Assembly (NCBI GenBank): GCA_964016885.1
Contig: OZ024740.1
Span: 61,690,001-61,754,000, forward strand
DNA: 64,000 bases
Direction of reading: 5' to 3'
Origin: Eledone cirrhosa
Lineage: Eukaryota
In this document: positions 36,306-56,499 of the stretch, one piece after another
Position numbering within the stretch: position 1 is the first letter of the stretch
How the letters are laid out: each line of letters opens with the position of its first letter
Program-made: the position numbers and the translations under genes
The notes under the pieces: generated by a model
Databases searched by the model: none
Seen by the model: the letters and a program-made list of their open reading frames with translations, nothing else
Told to the model about the DNA's origin: nothing

Positions 36306-36393
36306 TCCTCGACTACGTAGTTTCGTGGCATAAACAAAAACAATATATCAAAGATATAGAGTCCTTGCGAGGTCTGCCGACTTATCAAGAGGA
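36306..36393 (-). ncRNA. Type I hammerhead ribozyme, U3-A8 core variant
   Basis: Minus strand reads tcctc-TTGATAA-gt(c)ggca...tgccac-GAAA-ctacgtag-TC-gagga. GUC cleavage triplet and palindromic stem III. Confidence 0.75.
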
Positions 36394-36896
36394 TACCTCA
36401 TTTTACTAGTCTCAAGAACGCGTCTACACGACGTGAGAAAGAATCCCAAAAGGCGGAGGGGGAGACAGTCACGCGATATAACGGTCGAGAAACAGAGCTA
36501 AGCCTCTTATAACCACGAAGAAAATACCACGGAGGCGGAGGGGGTATTCATATCGAGGCCGTAGAAGAGGTAGTGAAGAAGGCGAGAAGTATGAGTAATG
36601 GAAGCTTTCCAGTTGTCCCCACACTTCAAAGATTGCTCGACCAGAGGGAGTTATTAATATATTTAGAAACACACAGATACATGCGGACACACACATATAT
36701 ACATGAATGCATCCGCACCCAACTGTGAGTTAAGGGTGCCAACTTCACCGATGTTGCTCAATGAATGACTGGGACAGACCAATTCAGTTTGAACCAGACT
36801 GAACCAGTATCAGAGTTAAAAATACATTATGAAGAGAGAAGAAACATTTAGATATAATTAGTAATAAAATGTATCATACCTAAACTGTTCCTAAAT

Positions 36897-36984
36897 TCCT
36901 CGACTACGTAGTTTCGTGGCATAAACAAAAACAATATATCAAAGATATAGAGTCCTTGCGAGGTCTGCCGACTTATCAAGAGGA
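36897..36984 (-). ncRNA. Second copy of the U3-A8 hammerhead
   Basis: Same sequence 591 bp away. Confidence 0.75.
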
Positions 36985-37318
36985 TACCTCATTTTACTAG
37001 TCTCAAGAACGCGTCTACACGACGTGAGAAAGAATCCCAAAAGGCGGAGGGGGAGACAGTCACGCGATATAACGGTCGAGAAACAGAGCTAAGCCTCTTA
37101 TAACCACGAAGAAAATACCACGGAGGCGGAGGGGGTATTCATATCGAGGCCGTAGAAGAGGTAGTGAAGAAGGCGAGAAGTATGAGTAATGGAAGCTTTC
37201 CAGTTGTCCCCACACTTCAAAGATTGCTCGACCAGAGGGAGTTATTAATATATTTAGAAACACACAGATACATGCGGACACACACATATATACATGAATG
37301 CATCCCCAGTCATTCATT

Positions 37319-39493
<2,175 letters not shown>

Positions 39494-39495
39494 TA

Positions 39496-39550
<55 letters not shown>

Positions 39551-39551
39551 G

Positions 39552-39600
<49 letters not shown>

Positions 39601-39602
<2 letters not shown>

Positions 39603-42600
39603 CATCATCATCATCATCATCACCGTTTTACGTCCGTTCTTCCACGCTAGCATGGGTTAGACGGGTTGTCCTGTTGTGGGCAGTGTCTGGTCGGCTGACC
39701 ATGCCTTGCTCATACAGGAACTGATCTGGCTTGATTTCTACAGCTGGATGCCCTTCCTAACACCAACCTCATTTACAGTGAGTGCTGGGTGCTTTTTCGT
39801 GGCGCCTACACGTCCACTTTACAGTGTGGGCTGGGTGCTTTTTTGCCGTGGCACCTCCACGACCACCTTGCGGTGGGGGGGGGGGGGGGGGGGGCATATT
39901 GTTTATATGCTTCAGCATGTACCCATGGGAGGTCGGGTACCCTGTATTACTGCGTGACGCCAGAAGTCACGGTCGTGTGTCCTTGACTTTGAGAGGTGTA
40001 GTTGGGTAAGGTCGGCTTTTATCACCTCATCCCAAGTCATCTTGGGTCTCCCCACTCCGCGGTTTCCATCAACTTCTAGTGCTCTGCACCTTTTTATGCA
40101 GCTGTCATCCTTCATACGCATCACATGTCCATACCAGCGTAACCGCCTCTCCTGCACGCAGCATTTGATTCCTCTTATGCTCAGTCTCTCTCTCAATTCA
40201 TTTATGCTTTGTCGTTCGCGTATATTACTGTTACACATCCATCGGAGCATGCAGGCTTCGTTTCTCTCTAATCTACGTAAGTCTTCCACCTTCAGCGCCC
40301 AGGTCTCACTACCATGCAACATCGCTGTTCGGATACACGCATCATACAGTCTGCCTTTCATTCTGAGGGAGAAGCCTTTTGCAGCTAGCAGTGGTAGTAG
40401 TTCCCTAAACTTCTTCCATCCCGTTCTTACCCTAGTTATTGTACTTTCTGAGCACCCACCTCCGTTGCTAATTCGGTCACCTAGGTAGCAGAAGCTGTCT
40501 ACTGTTTCTACAGGGCCCTCCCAGAGATTGGTGGTACTTGTTTCCTGTGGCTGTTTGCTTGCTGTTTCAGCACAGCTGCTGCATGTGAATCCTACATTCT
40601 TAATTAAGCTTCCTGAGATCCCGCTACATCTCTTGTGTACCCATTGTTTGCATTTGGGGCAAAGAATGGAGTTCCTACCTACACCTTTCCTACATACTGA
40701 GCAAGGCCATTTCCCTGAGGGGATCTGGGTTCTGTTTTCTCGTCTACTTATAAGGACCTTAGTCTTTGTCATGTTGACTTTGAGGCCCTTTCTCTCTAGT
40801 CCCTGCTTCCAGGTTTGGAATTTATTCTCTAGTTCTACCATAGATTCAGCTATGAGTGCGAGGTCATCAGCATACAGGAGTTCCCATGGGCATCCGGTCT
40901 TAAACTCCTCCGTTATTGCCTGCAGGACTATGATGAACAGGAGAGGGCTAAGAACAGAGCCCTGGTGGACCCCAACCTGTACGCTAAATTCCTCGCTATA
41001 CTCATTGCCAATCCTAACTTTGCTGACTGCTCCCCTATACATGGCTTGTACCGCTTTCACAAGCCATTCATCTACTCCTAGTTTTCTAAGAGCCCACCAG
41101 ATTACTGCACGTGGAACTCTGTCAAAGGCTTTCTCAAGGTCGACAAATGCCAAGTAGAGTGGCTTACTTTTAGCTAGGTACTTTTCCTGTAATTGCCTCA
41201 CAAGGAAGAGCGCATCAGTGGTGCCTTTCCCTGGTACAAACCCAAATTGCATCTCGTCTATATTCACCCGGTCCCTAATCAGCTGTGCTATAACTCTTTC
41301 TGTTACTTTCATGACCTGGTCCATCAACTTTATACCTCTATAGTTTCCTCTATCTAGTGCATCGCCTTTACCTTTGTAGCAGTTGACAATGATGCTACTG
41401 CACCAATCTTTTGGTATGGCCCCCTCTAGTATTACCTGGTTAACGATACGTGTGGTTATAGTGTGACCTACAGACCCAGATGCCTTCAGCATCTCGGCAG
41501 CTATACCCGATGGACCGGTTGCCTTCCCTATCTTCATATCTCTGATTGCCTTACTTACTACGCTGCCGCTGACTTGTACTGCTGGTCCCTCTATAGGGTC
41601 TACGTGGGGTAGGGTCTCTTCTTCCCATGCATTCTCCTCATTTAGTAATCTATCATAATGACTCTTCCATGCATCTTTCTTCTCAGCACTTGTGAGGGCA
41701 AGCTCACCTTTATCATTCCGGATACACTTCTCTCCAATGACATCACAACTATCTCTGACACACTGCCTCGCAATCTTGAATACCTCCTGTTTCTGGTCCT
41801 CACGTTGTAAAACATGCTTGAATTTTCTATCCTCTGCTTCCCTCCTAGCTAAGTATACTTGTCGCCTAGCTTCCCTCTTGGTCTCTATGTAATGTACCCT
41901 GCTCCCCCCGTTCTTCCATTCTTTCCATGCCTGTCTCTTGGCCTTGACTGCTTCATCTACCTTATTGTTCCACCACCAAGTCACTCTCCTCCTGCTTGAG
42001 GTCTTACTCCAGCCACAAACCTCATCCGTCGCCTCTAGTAAGTTATTTTTTAGGAACTCCCAGTTCTCTTCTACGTTAAATGTCTCTATCTGTTCTTCTT
42101 TACTGTCGTAGGCGTTGAGTAAAATATCTTTAAATCTGTTACTGGTTGAGGGGACTTTCAGCTTCCAGATCTTTCTTCTCCAGGTTGGCCTCTGTTTCAG
42201 GGCTCGTCTAGTTCTGACCGTGAGGTCGCTGACAACTAAGCTATGTTGGGATGTACATTCCTCACTAGGGAAGGCTTTTGTGTTTACGACCGTCCATCTG
42301 TCACGTCCTCTGATGAGAATAAAATCTAACTGACTAGAGTGCTCCCCTGATCTATAGGTGATCAGGTGGTTGTCGGGTTTTTTAAAGTTTGTGTTACATA
42401 TCGACATGTCATTGGCGTCGCAGAATTCTAGAAGTCTGAATCCTTCCTCATTCCTTGTGCCAACTCCATGGCCTCCATGTACTCTATTGAAGCCGTCGCA
42501 GTGTTTACCTACGTGTCCGTTAAAATCTCCTGCAATGATTAGGAAGTCCTTGTCGTCTGTTAGAGCAGTAGTGTGTATTAGGGACTCGTAAAACCTATCC

Positions 42601-43203
42601 TTAAGTTCGTCTGGCAGCCCCGATTGGGGTGCGTAAGCTGATATTATTGTGGTAATTGTCTTATTCAGGACTAGTCTGAGTTTAATGATTCTTGCATTTA
42701 CCCTGTACACTGAGATTACTTTATCTACCCACTTGTCAGCTAATAGTATACCTACACCACCCATCCCATCGTCATTTCCCACCCAGAAAAATTTGTAGCA
42801 CTGGCTTTTTCCTACAAGGACTCTAGCAGACCCTCCTCTCCATCTAGTCTCTTGCACACAGCATACATCAACTTCCTTTCGCTCTAGCATTTCTACGATT
42901 TCTCCTGCTCTTCCTTTCATTGAGCCTACATTGATGGTACCAACTCGGAGTTTTGGGCATTTGTCGACACTCGTAGGGGAGGGTCTCTGGGTTGGCGCTT
43001 CACGTGGGTGCTTGGTAGCTCGCAGATTCATATTTCATCTATTGATTCAGAGTTGCTCGTGTATTCCCAGCTCATCCATCCATAACGGTGGGAAAATTGA
43101 GGGCTAGAAGGACAGTGGTGGTGGGGTAATGGCAGGGTGTGTTGGGATGCGCCAGAGGAGGAGAGAGTTAGTTAGGCAGGTAGTAGCAGCAGCAGCAGTG
43201 GAA
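39601..43203 (-). mobile_element. Full-length RTE-clade LINE, family C
   Basis: About 170 bp of 5' UTR, an intact ORF, about 290 bp of 3' UTR and a (GAT)n tail. Flanked by (TA)n and absent from the duplicate segment. Confidence 0.95.
39912..43031 (-). CDS. RTE-clade ORF (1039 aa): APE + RT + PHD-type finger
   Basis: [37 protein letters not shown] and RRLRWYGH motifs. No stops. Confidence 0.95.
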   Translation of the reverse strand: MNLRATKHPREAPTQRPSPTSVDKCPKLRVGTINVGSMKGRAGEIVEMLERKEVDVCCVQETRWRGGSARVLVGKSQCYKFFWVGNDDGMGGVGILLADKWVDKVISVYRVNARIIKLRLVLNKTITTIISAYAPQSGLPDELKDRFYESLIHTTALTDDKDFLIIAGDFNGHVGKHCDGFNRVHGGHGVGTRNEEGFRLLEFCDANDMSICNTNFKKPDNHLITYRSGEHSSQLDFILIRGRDRWTVVNTKAFPSEECTSQHSLVVSDLTVRTRRALKQRPTWRRKIWKLKVPSTSNRFKDILLNAYDSKEEQIETFNVEENWEFLKNNLLEATDEVCGWSKTSSRRRVTWWWNNKVDEAVKAKRQAWKEWKNGGSRVHYIETKREARRQVYLARREAEDRKFKHVLQREDQKQEVFKIARQCVRDSCDVIGEKCIRNDKGELALTSAEKKDAWKSHYDRLLNEENAWEEETLPHVDPIEGPAVQVSGSVVSKAIRDMKIGKATGPSGIAAEMLKASGSVGHTITTRIVNQVILEGAIPKDWCSSIIVNCYKGKGDALDRGNYRGIKLMDQVMKVTERVIAQLIRDRVNIDEMQFGFVPGKGTTDALFLVRQLQEKYLAKSKPLYLAFVDLEKAFDRVPRAVIWWALRKLGVDEWLVKAVQAMYRGAVSKVRIGNEYSEEFSVQVGVHQGSVLSPLLFIIVLQAITEEFKTGCPWELLYADDLALIAESMVELENKFQTWKQGLERKGLKVNMTKTKVLISRRENRTQIPSGKWPCSVCRKGVGRNSILCPKCKQWVHKRCSGISGSLIKNVGFTCSSCAETASKQPQETSTTNLWEGPVETVDSFCYLGDRISNGGGCSESTITRVRTGWKKFRELLPLLAAKGFSLRMKGRLYDACIRTAMLHGSETWALKVEDLRRLERNEACMLRWMCNSNIRERQSINELRERLSIRGIKCCVQERRLRWYGHVMRMKDDSCIKRCRALEVDGNRGVGRPKMTWDEVIKADLTQLHLSKSRTHDRDFWRHAVIQGTRPPMGTC

Positions 43204-43247
43204 ATATATATATATATACATATATACAGATATACACATATATACAA

Positions 43248-43297
<50 letters not shown>

Positions 43298-43329
43298 GGA
43301 GGCACATGGCTTAGTGGTTAGAGCATTGG

Positions 43330-43331
<2 letters not shown>
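43203..43331 (+). repeat. ~130-bp inverted copy of about 43739-43868 (SINE head plus its TA flank)
   Basis: The diagnostic flank tacagatatacacatatatacaaat plus ggaggcacatggcttagtggttagagcattggcc is the reverse complement of the downstream SINE junction. Confidence 0.88.
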
Positions 43332-43373
<42 letters not shown>

Positions 43374-43430
43374 CATGTATATGTATGTATATGTATATAT
43401 GTATATATATATATATGTATGTATATATGT

Positions 43431-43772
43431 ATCATCATCATCATCATCATTTTACGTCCACTTTTCCCTGTTTGCAAGGGTGGGACGGGAACTGGGTCTG
43501 GCTTGATTTCTACAGCTGGATGCCCTTCCTAACACCAACCTCATTTACAGTGAGTGCTGGGTGCTTTTTTGCCGTGGCGCCTACACGTCCACTTTACAGT
43601 GGAATGATAGGGACCTCAGTCCCTATCATCTCATTTCTACAGCTGAGTAAACTGGAGCAATGTGAAATGAAGTGTCTTGCTCAAGGAAACAACACATCAC
43701 CCGGTCTGAGAATTGAACTCACAACCTTTCGATTGCAAGGCCAATGCTCTAACCACTAAGCCATGTGCCTCC
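43431..43772 (-). mobile_element. tRNA/CORE-type SINE with an RTE family A tail
   Basis: A-box tggcttagtgg, B-box gagttcaattc, CORE-like block, 11-bp hairpin at 43604-43629, RTE tail. Confidence 0.9.
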
Positions 43773-43822
<50 letters not shown>

Positions 43823-43851
43823 TTGTATATATGTGTATATCTGTATATATG

Positions 43852-43902
<51 letters not shown>

Positions 43903-43963
43903 ATATATATATATATATATGTATACATGTATATATGTATGTATATATATATATATACATGTA

Positions 43964-45543
<1,580 letters not shown>

Positions 45544-45576
45544 ATATACATGTATATATATATATATATGTATATC

Positions 45577-45631
45577 TGTTAGAACACGAAAAGTGTGAAA
45601 CAACAGAATGTTCACTTTTCGTGTTCTAACA
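45577..45631. repeat. 19-bp perfect inverted repeat
   Basis: tgttagaacacgaaaagtg / cacttttcgtgttctaaca with a 17-bp spacer. Confidence 0.85.
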
Positions 45632-47069
45632 TATATGCCTAGCTTCTTCATAAATTTTTCGGGGATAGCCGTGGTGGTGGTGATCGTATGTCATTGGCTA
45701 ATTTTCAACCAATCAGAGTAAGTGTTGATATATATATATATATATATATATACTATTCCCCCTCTCTCTATATATATCTTACGCTTTCGCTTTACACTCC
45801 TCCCCTTCAATAACACATTTCCCCCTCTCTATATATCTCTTCCACTGTTACTTACGCCTGTTTCTCTCTATCTGTTCCGTCTCTATATATATCTCTCTTA
45901 CTCTTTCGCTTTGCACTCCTCCCCTTCAATACCATCTCTCCCCCTCTCTATATATTTGTTACTCTATCGCTGCAAGCTCCTCTCCTTCAATTTATCAATT
46001 ACACACGCTTTACACTCCTTTATCCCCAGCGCCCCTATATATACACCCCCCTCCCGCATCTATATTTTAATGTTCCGTTGCACCGTGAATATATGTGTCT
46101 ATATATATATACATATATATTGTATATACACATTCATGTATGTGTATACACACTCATGTATGTATATACACTGGTTTTATGTGTGTATTGTAAATGTGTA
46201 CTGTTAAAACACGAAACTAACATTCGATTGACATTTTGATTACCTGTACAGGCAATAGTTATTAGAATGCTGTTGAAGTGTGTATATATTTTTGGGGGAC
46301 ATCCTGTATATACACACATTATATATAATACAATAAACAGATAAATACACACATATATATATGAGCTTATTTAATTATAAATATTGTGAATTTTTAACTC
46401 AGTTCAATTATAAATGGCTTCTACAGGACTAGAACTGTTTCATTCGAAAGAAATCATCATAATATTGAGAGGGGGGACTAGATAAAATATTTCAAATCAA
46501 ATGTGTATAAGTTATAAGTTAAAATGTATAAATAGAGACGATAGTGGAGGTATATCTGTTTAGTGGAACAGTAGACGATAGAATTAAATACAGACGAGAA
46601 TCTCCCTTTAATGAAACAGCAGACGATAGAATTAAGGCAATTTAAATTTTAAGCATTTGCATTTCATCGTTACGGGGTCGATAAAATAAAGTACCAGTAA
46701 TACACTGTCACTATAAGTAGACGACTTTCAAATTGAATTGTTGGTTCCATTTCTTTAGTATTTTCAATTGTAGTTATCTACTTAAAAAGCGTTACACGGT
46801 TAGAGACATAATTGGTAAGTTATATCTTCCCTATTAAACCATTGCATTATTTCGCCTACAATAGAACAAAAATGAAATGTTCTTTAAAGAAACAGGAATA
46901 TAACTTTATAAAAAAAAAAGTTGCATCCGCTTCTTTTATCATTGATAATTTTTTCGTTTTAATATTAATTGTTTTTTGTAGTTGTTTATATTAAAAATCT
47001 TACTGTAATATTTACTTAAACGAAGGCAGACATCTAAACTTATAGATTAATCTTGAGCGAAGGACTAGA

Positions 47070-47154
<85 letters not shown>

Positions 47155-47158
<4 letters not shown>

Positions 47159-47368
47159 GAAGAATGATAACATTTCAAGCAAAGAGTTTAATTAGGTAAT
47201 GACTTACAAATTTGTTTCAGTATATATTTAATATAATATTAATATATTTTGTAATATTATTAACTAATTATTATAATTAGCGCTTCAGGCTTTGTCTATA
47301 TACTGAAACAAATTTGTAAGTCATTACCTAATTAAACTCTTTGCTTGAAATTTTATCACTCTTCGTTT
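47155..47368. repeat. ~70-bp inverted repeat next to a (CT)n(TA)n tract
   Basis: 47155-47225 is the near-perfect reverse complement of 47298-47368. A second copy lies at about 60243-60456. Confidence 0.88.
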
Positions 47369-47559
47369 TGAATTTCTCCTAAGTATTCAATACTCTGTTG
47401 AGAAATACATTTTACATAAACAGTCTTTGTACCATTTATACGGTATTAATTACTTATATTTATATATATATATATATATATATATAGCGTATGATTAGAA
47501 CTGTGTTTATTATTAATATTTTAATGGATTTAATGAAAAATTTTAGGTGTTCATATATA

Positions 47560-47625
47560 TATTCTAAAAATGCGCGAAATCGTGAATCCGCGATAGTTGA
47601 ACCGCCAAGTAGCGAGGTATCACTG
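47560..47625. mobile_element. Single end of a Tc1/mariner-pogo (Tigger-like) DNA transposon
   Basis: ccgcgatagttgaaccgccaagtagcgaggtatcactg-TA. The reverse complement begins TA-CAGTGATACCTCG. Confidence 0.5.
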
Positions 47626-47653
47626 TATATATGTTTAAATATATAGTGTAGCT

Positions 47654-48118
47654 GTGATGTATCTCGCGAGTGAATCGAGACCTGTCACTGATTTTGGTGT
47701 CCCCACTGCCGATGTGAATGAGCAACACTGCACTTGTGAATTGGGTCTTGATGTTGCAGGCAGTTCATATACTTACAATGATGCGGTCCCACAAGCTTGT
47801 TCACATTCCTGTGCTAATAATCTAGATGGGCGTATTAAATTGGATGTGAAAGCAGCTTACCGGATGCGGAATCGGGAGAAGTTGAGACAAAAACAGGCCG
47901 ATTATAGAGCTGTGAATTTTGCTAAATTAACACAAAAACAGGCCAAGTATAGATGTTCAAAACAGTATGAGTTGGCAAACAAGCAGGCCAAGTATAGATC
48001 TGCAAATTCAGCTATTATATCTCAAAAGCAAGCCGAGCGTAGAGCTTCTAAACATACCGAGTTGGCTAAAGAGCAGACCAAGTACAGATCTGCAAATATC
48101 TTATTGCACAAACAATAA
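47654..48118 (+). other. ORF fragment with five 15-aa basic repeats (KQAxYRxxN); origin uncertain, probably transposon-derived
   Basis: KQADYRAVNFAKLTQ/KQAKYRCSKQYELAN/KQAKYRSANSAIISQ/KQAERRASKHTELAK/EQTKYRSAN. Duplicate at 60742-61206. Confidence 0.45.
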
Positions 48119-48145
48119 TTCTGCACAAATGTTGCTCCATTATTT

Positions 48146-48326
48146 TGGCAGTATTGGTAGAGGGTCGGATGCCATGCTTTCCAGCATAGTTACGTCCCTT
48201 TACGATCTGAGTTCAAATCCTGCCGAGGTTGACTTTGCCTTTCATCCTTATGGGGTTGATAAAATAAAGTACCAGTAATGCACTGGGTAATTGCTGGCCT
48301 TGTGCCTAAAGTAGAAACAATTATTA
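48146..48326 (+). mobile_element. tRNA-headed SINE (~180 bp)
   Basis: A-box-like tggcagtattgg, B-box gagttcaaatcc, body gcctttcatccttatggggttgataaaataaagtaccag, (ATT) tail. Several copies in the window. Confidence 0.82.
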
Positions 48327-48508
48327 GATCTAATGTTGCAACGATACAGTTAAATGTTGTCTGTGTATTTTAAAAAAGATTTGCTTATAATCTTTTCAAA
48401 TTTCATTACGCCAATGATTCAAGCTCAAATTGACATTATCTAAAAAATTGTACAAACAGCGGTGGATTAGCAGTAGTGAACAGATAAATCAGTCAATTTA
48501 TTAAGATT

Positions 48509-49163
48509 GACTTGGCATCAATCAGCAAGACCTTCATTAGCTGCTCTCCAGCCATCTATTTAAAGCTGTATACATCTATGGTACGAATACACTTGGAGTT
48601 CGCGTCATCAGTCTGGAACCCCTATCTTGCTCAGAACATTGACCTCCTGGAAACTGTTCAGAGACATGCAACCAAGCGCATACCCTCCATCAGACACCTA
48701 CCATACCCTGAATATTTTGCTTCCCTCTGGCAATGGACTTGGTAAACACCCACAAAGTTATTAACCATCCGACCAACAACAACCCCGAACACCTTTTTGA
48801 TCTCCATGTGTCTAACACGTGGACATGCCTACAAAGTCAGAAAACAACACAGCTCCCATGACTTTAGGAAATATTTCTTCATGCTCAGAGTTGCTGAAGG
48901 ATGGAACAAACTTCCTGCATCAGTTGTTAGCTGATGACACACTGCATCCTTTAAAACCATCATACATTCCGAAATACACCAAAACTACACCTGATGTCCC
49001 CCTTCCATACACATGCACATATGTGTATATCATGACTCATGCACTGTTCTTTTTTCCTGACGTTTTTATATTACCCTATGTATTATATATGCACTTTTGA
49101 TGAGTTGTAGTGCACCTCAGCATTGTACACAATATTTTCATTATTATTATCATTATTATTATT
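48509..49163 (+). mobile_element. Decayed CR1-group LINE 3' fragment
   Basis: LYTSMVRIHLEFASSVWNP...LETVQRHATKRIP and, in another frame, RGHAYK...RKYFF.LRVAEGWNKLPASVV. (ATT)n tail. Confidence 0.85.
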
Positions 49164-49631
49164 ACACTCATTGATCCATTTTGCACTAACTCTGCATCAA
49201 GCACCCTCACCTAAATATTAACCAATCAAGGATCCAATACAGCTATCTGTTGGATGAGTATTGTATAGTGCCAAAAACGAAACTAATCAGTTTAGCAGAA
49301 AGTTTCCAGACAAGAAACACGCATATTTTGCTATCCTCAAACACGTTTACACATGGCATGAAATATAACTAATCCGAGATGGCTAGGTTTCATCTTCTAA
49401 TTGGATATACAAAATCCATTATGTCTTGACAACAACATGAGGTAACATTATGTTATTCACAGACACACTTTGTACACTGTTCCATATCAGAATGTATTTC
49501 CTTCGTCACATTCACAAACAGTATTGAAAATATGTTCTTCGGCAAATAAAAATGTTTTGTTCATAATATTTCAACTAGCGATTGCTCTACTCCACGCACG
49601 ACCACCATAAATTAATGACCAGCTCAACACA

Positions 49632-49806
49632 AGTATTGGTAGAGCGTCAGACACCATGCTTTGCAGTATTGTTATAGTCCTTTGCATTCTAAGTTCAAAT
49701 CCTGCCGAGGTTAACTTCGACTTTCATACTTACTAATTCGATAAAATAAAGTACCAGTAATGGACTGCCGTAATGGATTTGTGCCGAAAAATAGAAACAC
49801 TATTAA
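49632..49806 (+). mobile_element. Diverged SINE copy (48146 family)
   Basis: agtattggtagagcgtc...aagttcaaatcctgccgaggttaac...gataaaataaagtaccag. Confidence 0.78.
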
Positions 49807-50356
49807 TGTGCAATAAGAGCAAAATATAACGACATTGCTCAATTATTTTATCTAATGTTGTAATAACACAAGGAAATGTTGTTTGTGTATTTTTTTTTTA
49901 TATTTGCTCATAGGCTTTTACAATTTCGCTCAGCCAACAACTATTAAAAAGTGAGTTGCTTAAGATAACAATTTAATCACAAATTGTTGCTATCTTTTAA
50001 TACACTCCAACAAGTCATCAAATTATGTACAATAAAAACAAATCTTATTAATTTGCTCAGGGAATATAAAGAAAATGTATATACACTGATAATTGCAATT
50101 GTATGTAAATATTTTGTTTTTGTATTGTTTATTTTATGTTTTCTATTATGTATAATATATTGATTTAATATTGATTGTTTTTTGTAGTTGTTTATATTAA
50201 AAGTCTGAAAATATTTTTATACATCTTACACTAATATTTATAAGATAATTTATAATAACAATTACATAATCTAATTACATTACAACGATAATTTATTATT
50301 AATATATATCCTGTTTAACTAGAGTTATTACAAGCGTTGCCTTAAAAAAATATTAA

Positions 50357-51313
50357 ACTAGACATGAAAAATGCGCAAGCTCAAAAGTGCCACAGAATGT
50401 TATAATAAACCTTCAAAAGTGTGGGACTAGAGTTGTTGCTAAAAAATATTGTAATCATTATATATCGTACATTCTGTGGCATCCTTTATAAAAATAGCTT
50501 AAACCAACGAAGCCTTTATTTTTACGCTATTTCACTTAGTTAATTCTTAGAGTGTAACATATAAAAATAAATACATCTATGTTTAATGTAATAACAGCTA
50601 TAAATAATTACGTAATATTATTATCATATACTCATAGTAACAAAATAATTGTGTTGAAAATTAATATGATGCTTATATGAACGATCAAATCTATAATGAT
50701 AATTTCTTAAATATACTAATAGTAAAATAATTTAGTTATCTATTGTTACATTTTCATAGAACTATAATATTAACAATCGTATTGCATTATCAAATTTTTA
50801 TCACTACAAACTTTCATATTGGAATTACCTTAAGCCACTTATTATTACTTCGCTTTCGTACTTTTACAGCTGTAGATATTGCGCTGTATCTTATATCTAA
50901 TATCAATATCTCATGGTAATTTGCATGCAGTGTAAAATAGGTTTATTAATAACTTTAATATGAAATGTATTATACAGGCCTGCGGAGTCGGCCAAAAATT
51001 GACTGGCTCCAACGCAGGATCCGATACTCCATTATTTCCTAAATTTCAGCTCCGCAGCTCTGTTATTATATTAATTAATTTATTTTATAGTTGTAAATCA
51101 TATTTTTATATGTTACACTCTAAGAATTAACTAAGTGAAATAGCGTAAAAATAAAGGCTTCGTTGGTTTAAGCTATTTTTATAAAGGATGCCACAGAATG
51201 TACGATATATAATGATTACAATATTTTTTAGCAACAACTCTAGTCCCACACTTTTGAAGGTTTATTATAACATTCTGTGGCACTTTTGAGCTTGCGCATT
51301 TTTCATGTCTAGT
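50357..51313. repeat. 213-bp inverted repeat pair with a ~530-bp spacer
   Basis: 50357-50569 is the reverse complement of 51101-51313. I saw no mismatch. Confidence 0.92.
50975..51062. mobile_element. 88-bp miniature TIR element, possibly hAT-type
   Basis: caggcctgcggag...ctccgcagctctg termini. Flanks gtattata/ttattata resemble an 8-bp target duplication. Confidence 0.5.
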
Positions 51314-56260
<4,947 letters not shown>

Positions 56261-56261
56261 A

Positions 56262-56318
<57 letters not shown>

Positions 56319-56319
56319 G

Positions 56320-56431
<112 letters not shown>

Positions 56432-56499
56432 CATGTATATATATATATATGTATGTATATGTATATATGTATATATATATATATGTATGTATATATGTA

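Noticed and set aside
40042-42591. Antisense ORFs overlapping the RTE ORFs (also 3141-5476 and 29958-31941)
   Set aside because: They are shadow frames of the LINE coding strand with no independent motifs.
43700-43772. tRNA gene candidates at SINE heads (also about 27960-28032, 56770-56840, 48146)
   Set aside because: A and B boxes are present, but there is no full cloverleaf and the sequence continues into a SINE body.
45640-46100. Possible Helitron/Helentron-type element with CT-rich subrepeats
   Set aside because: I could not identify diagnostic termini with confidence.
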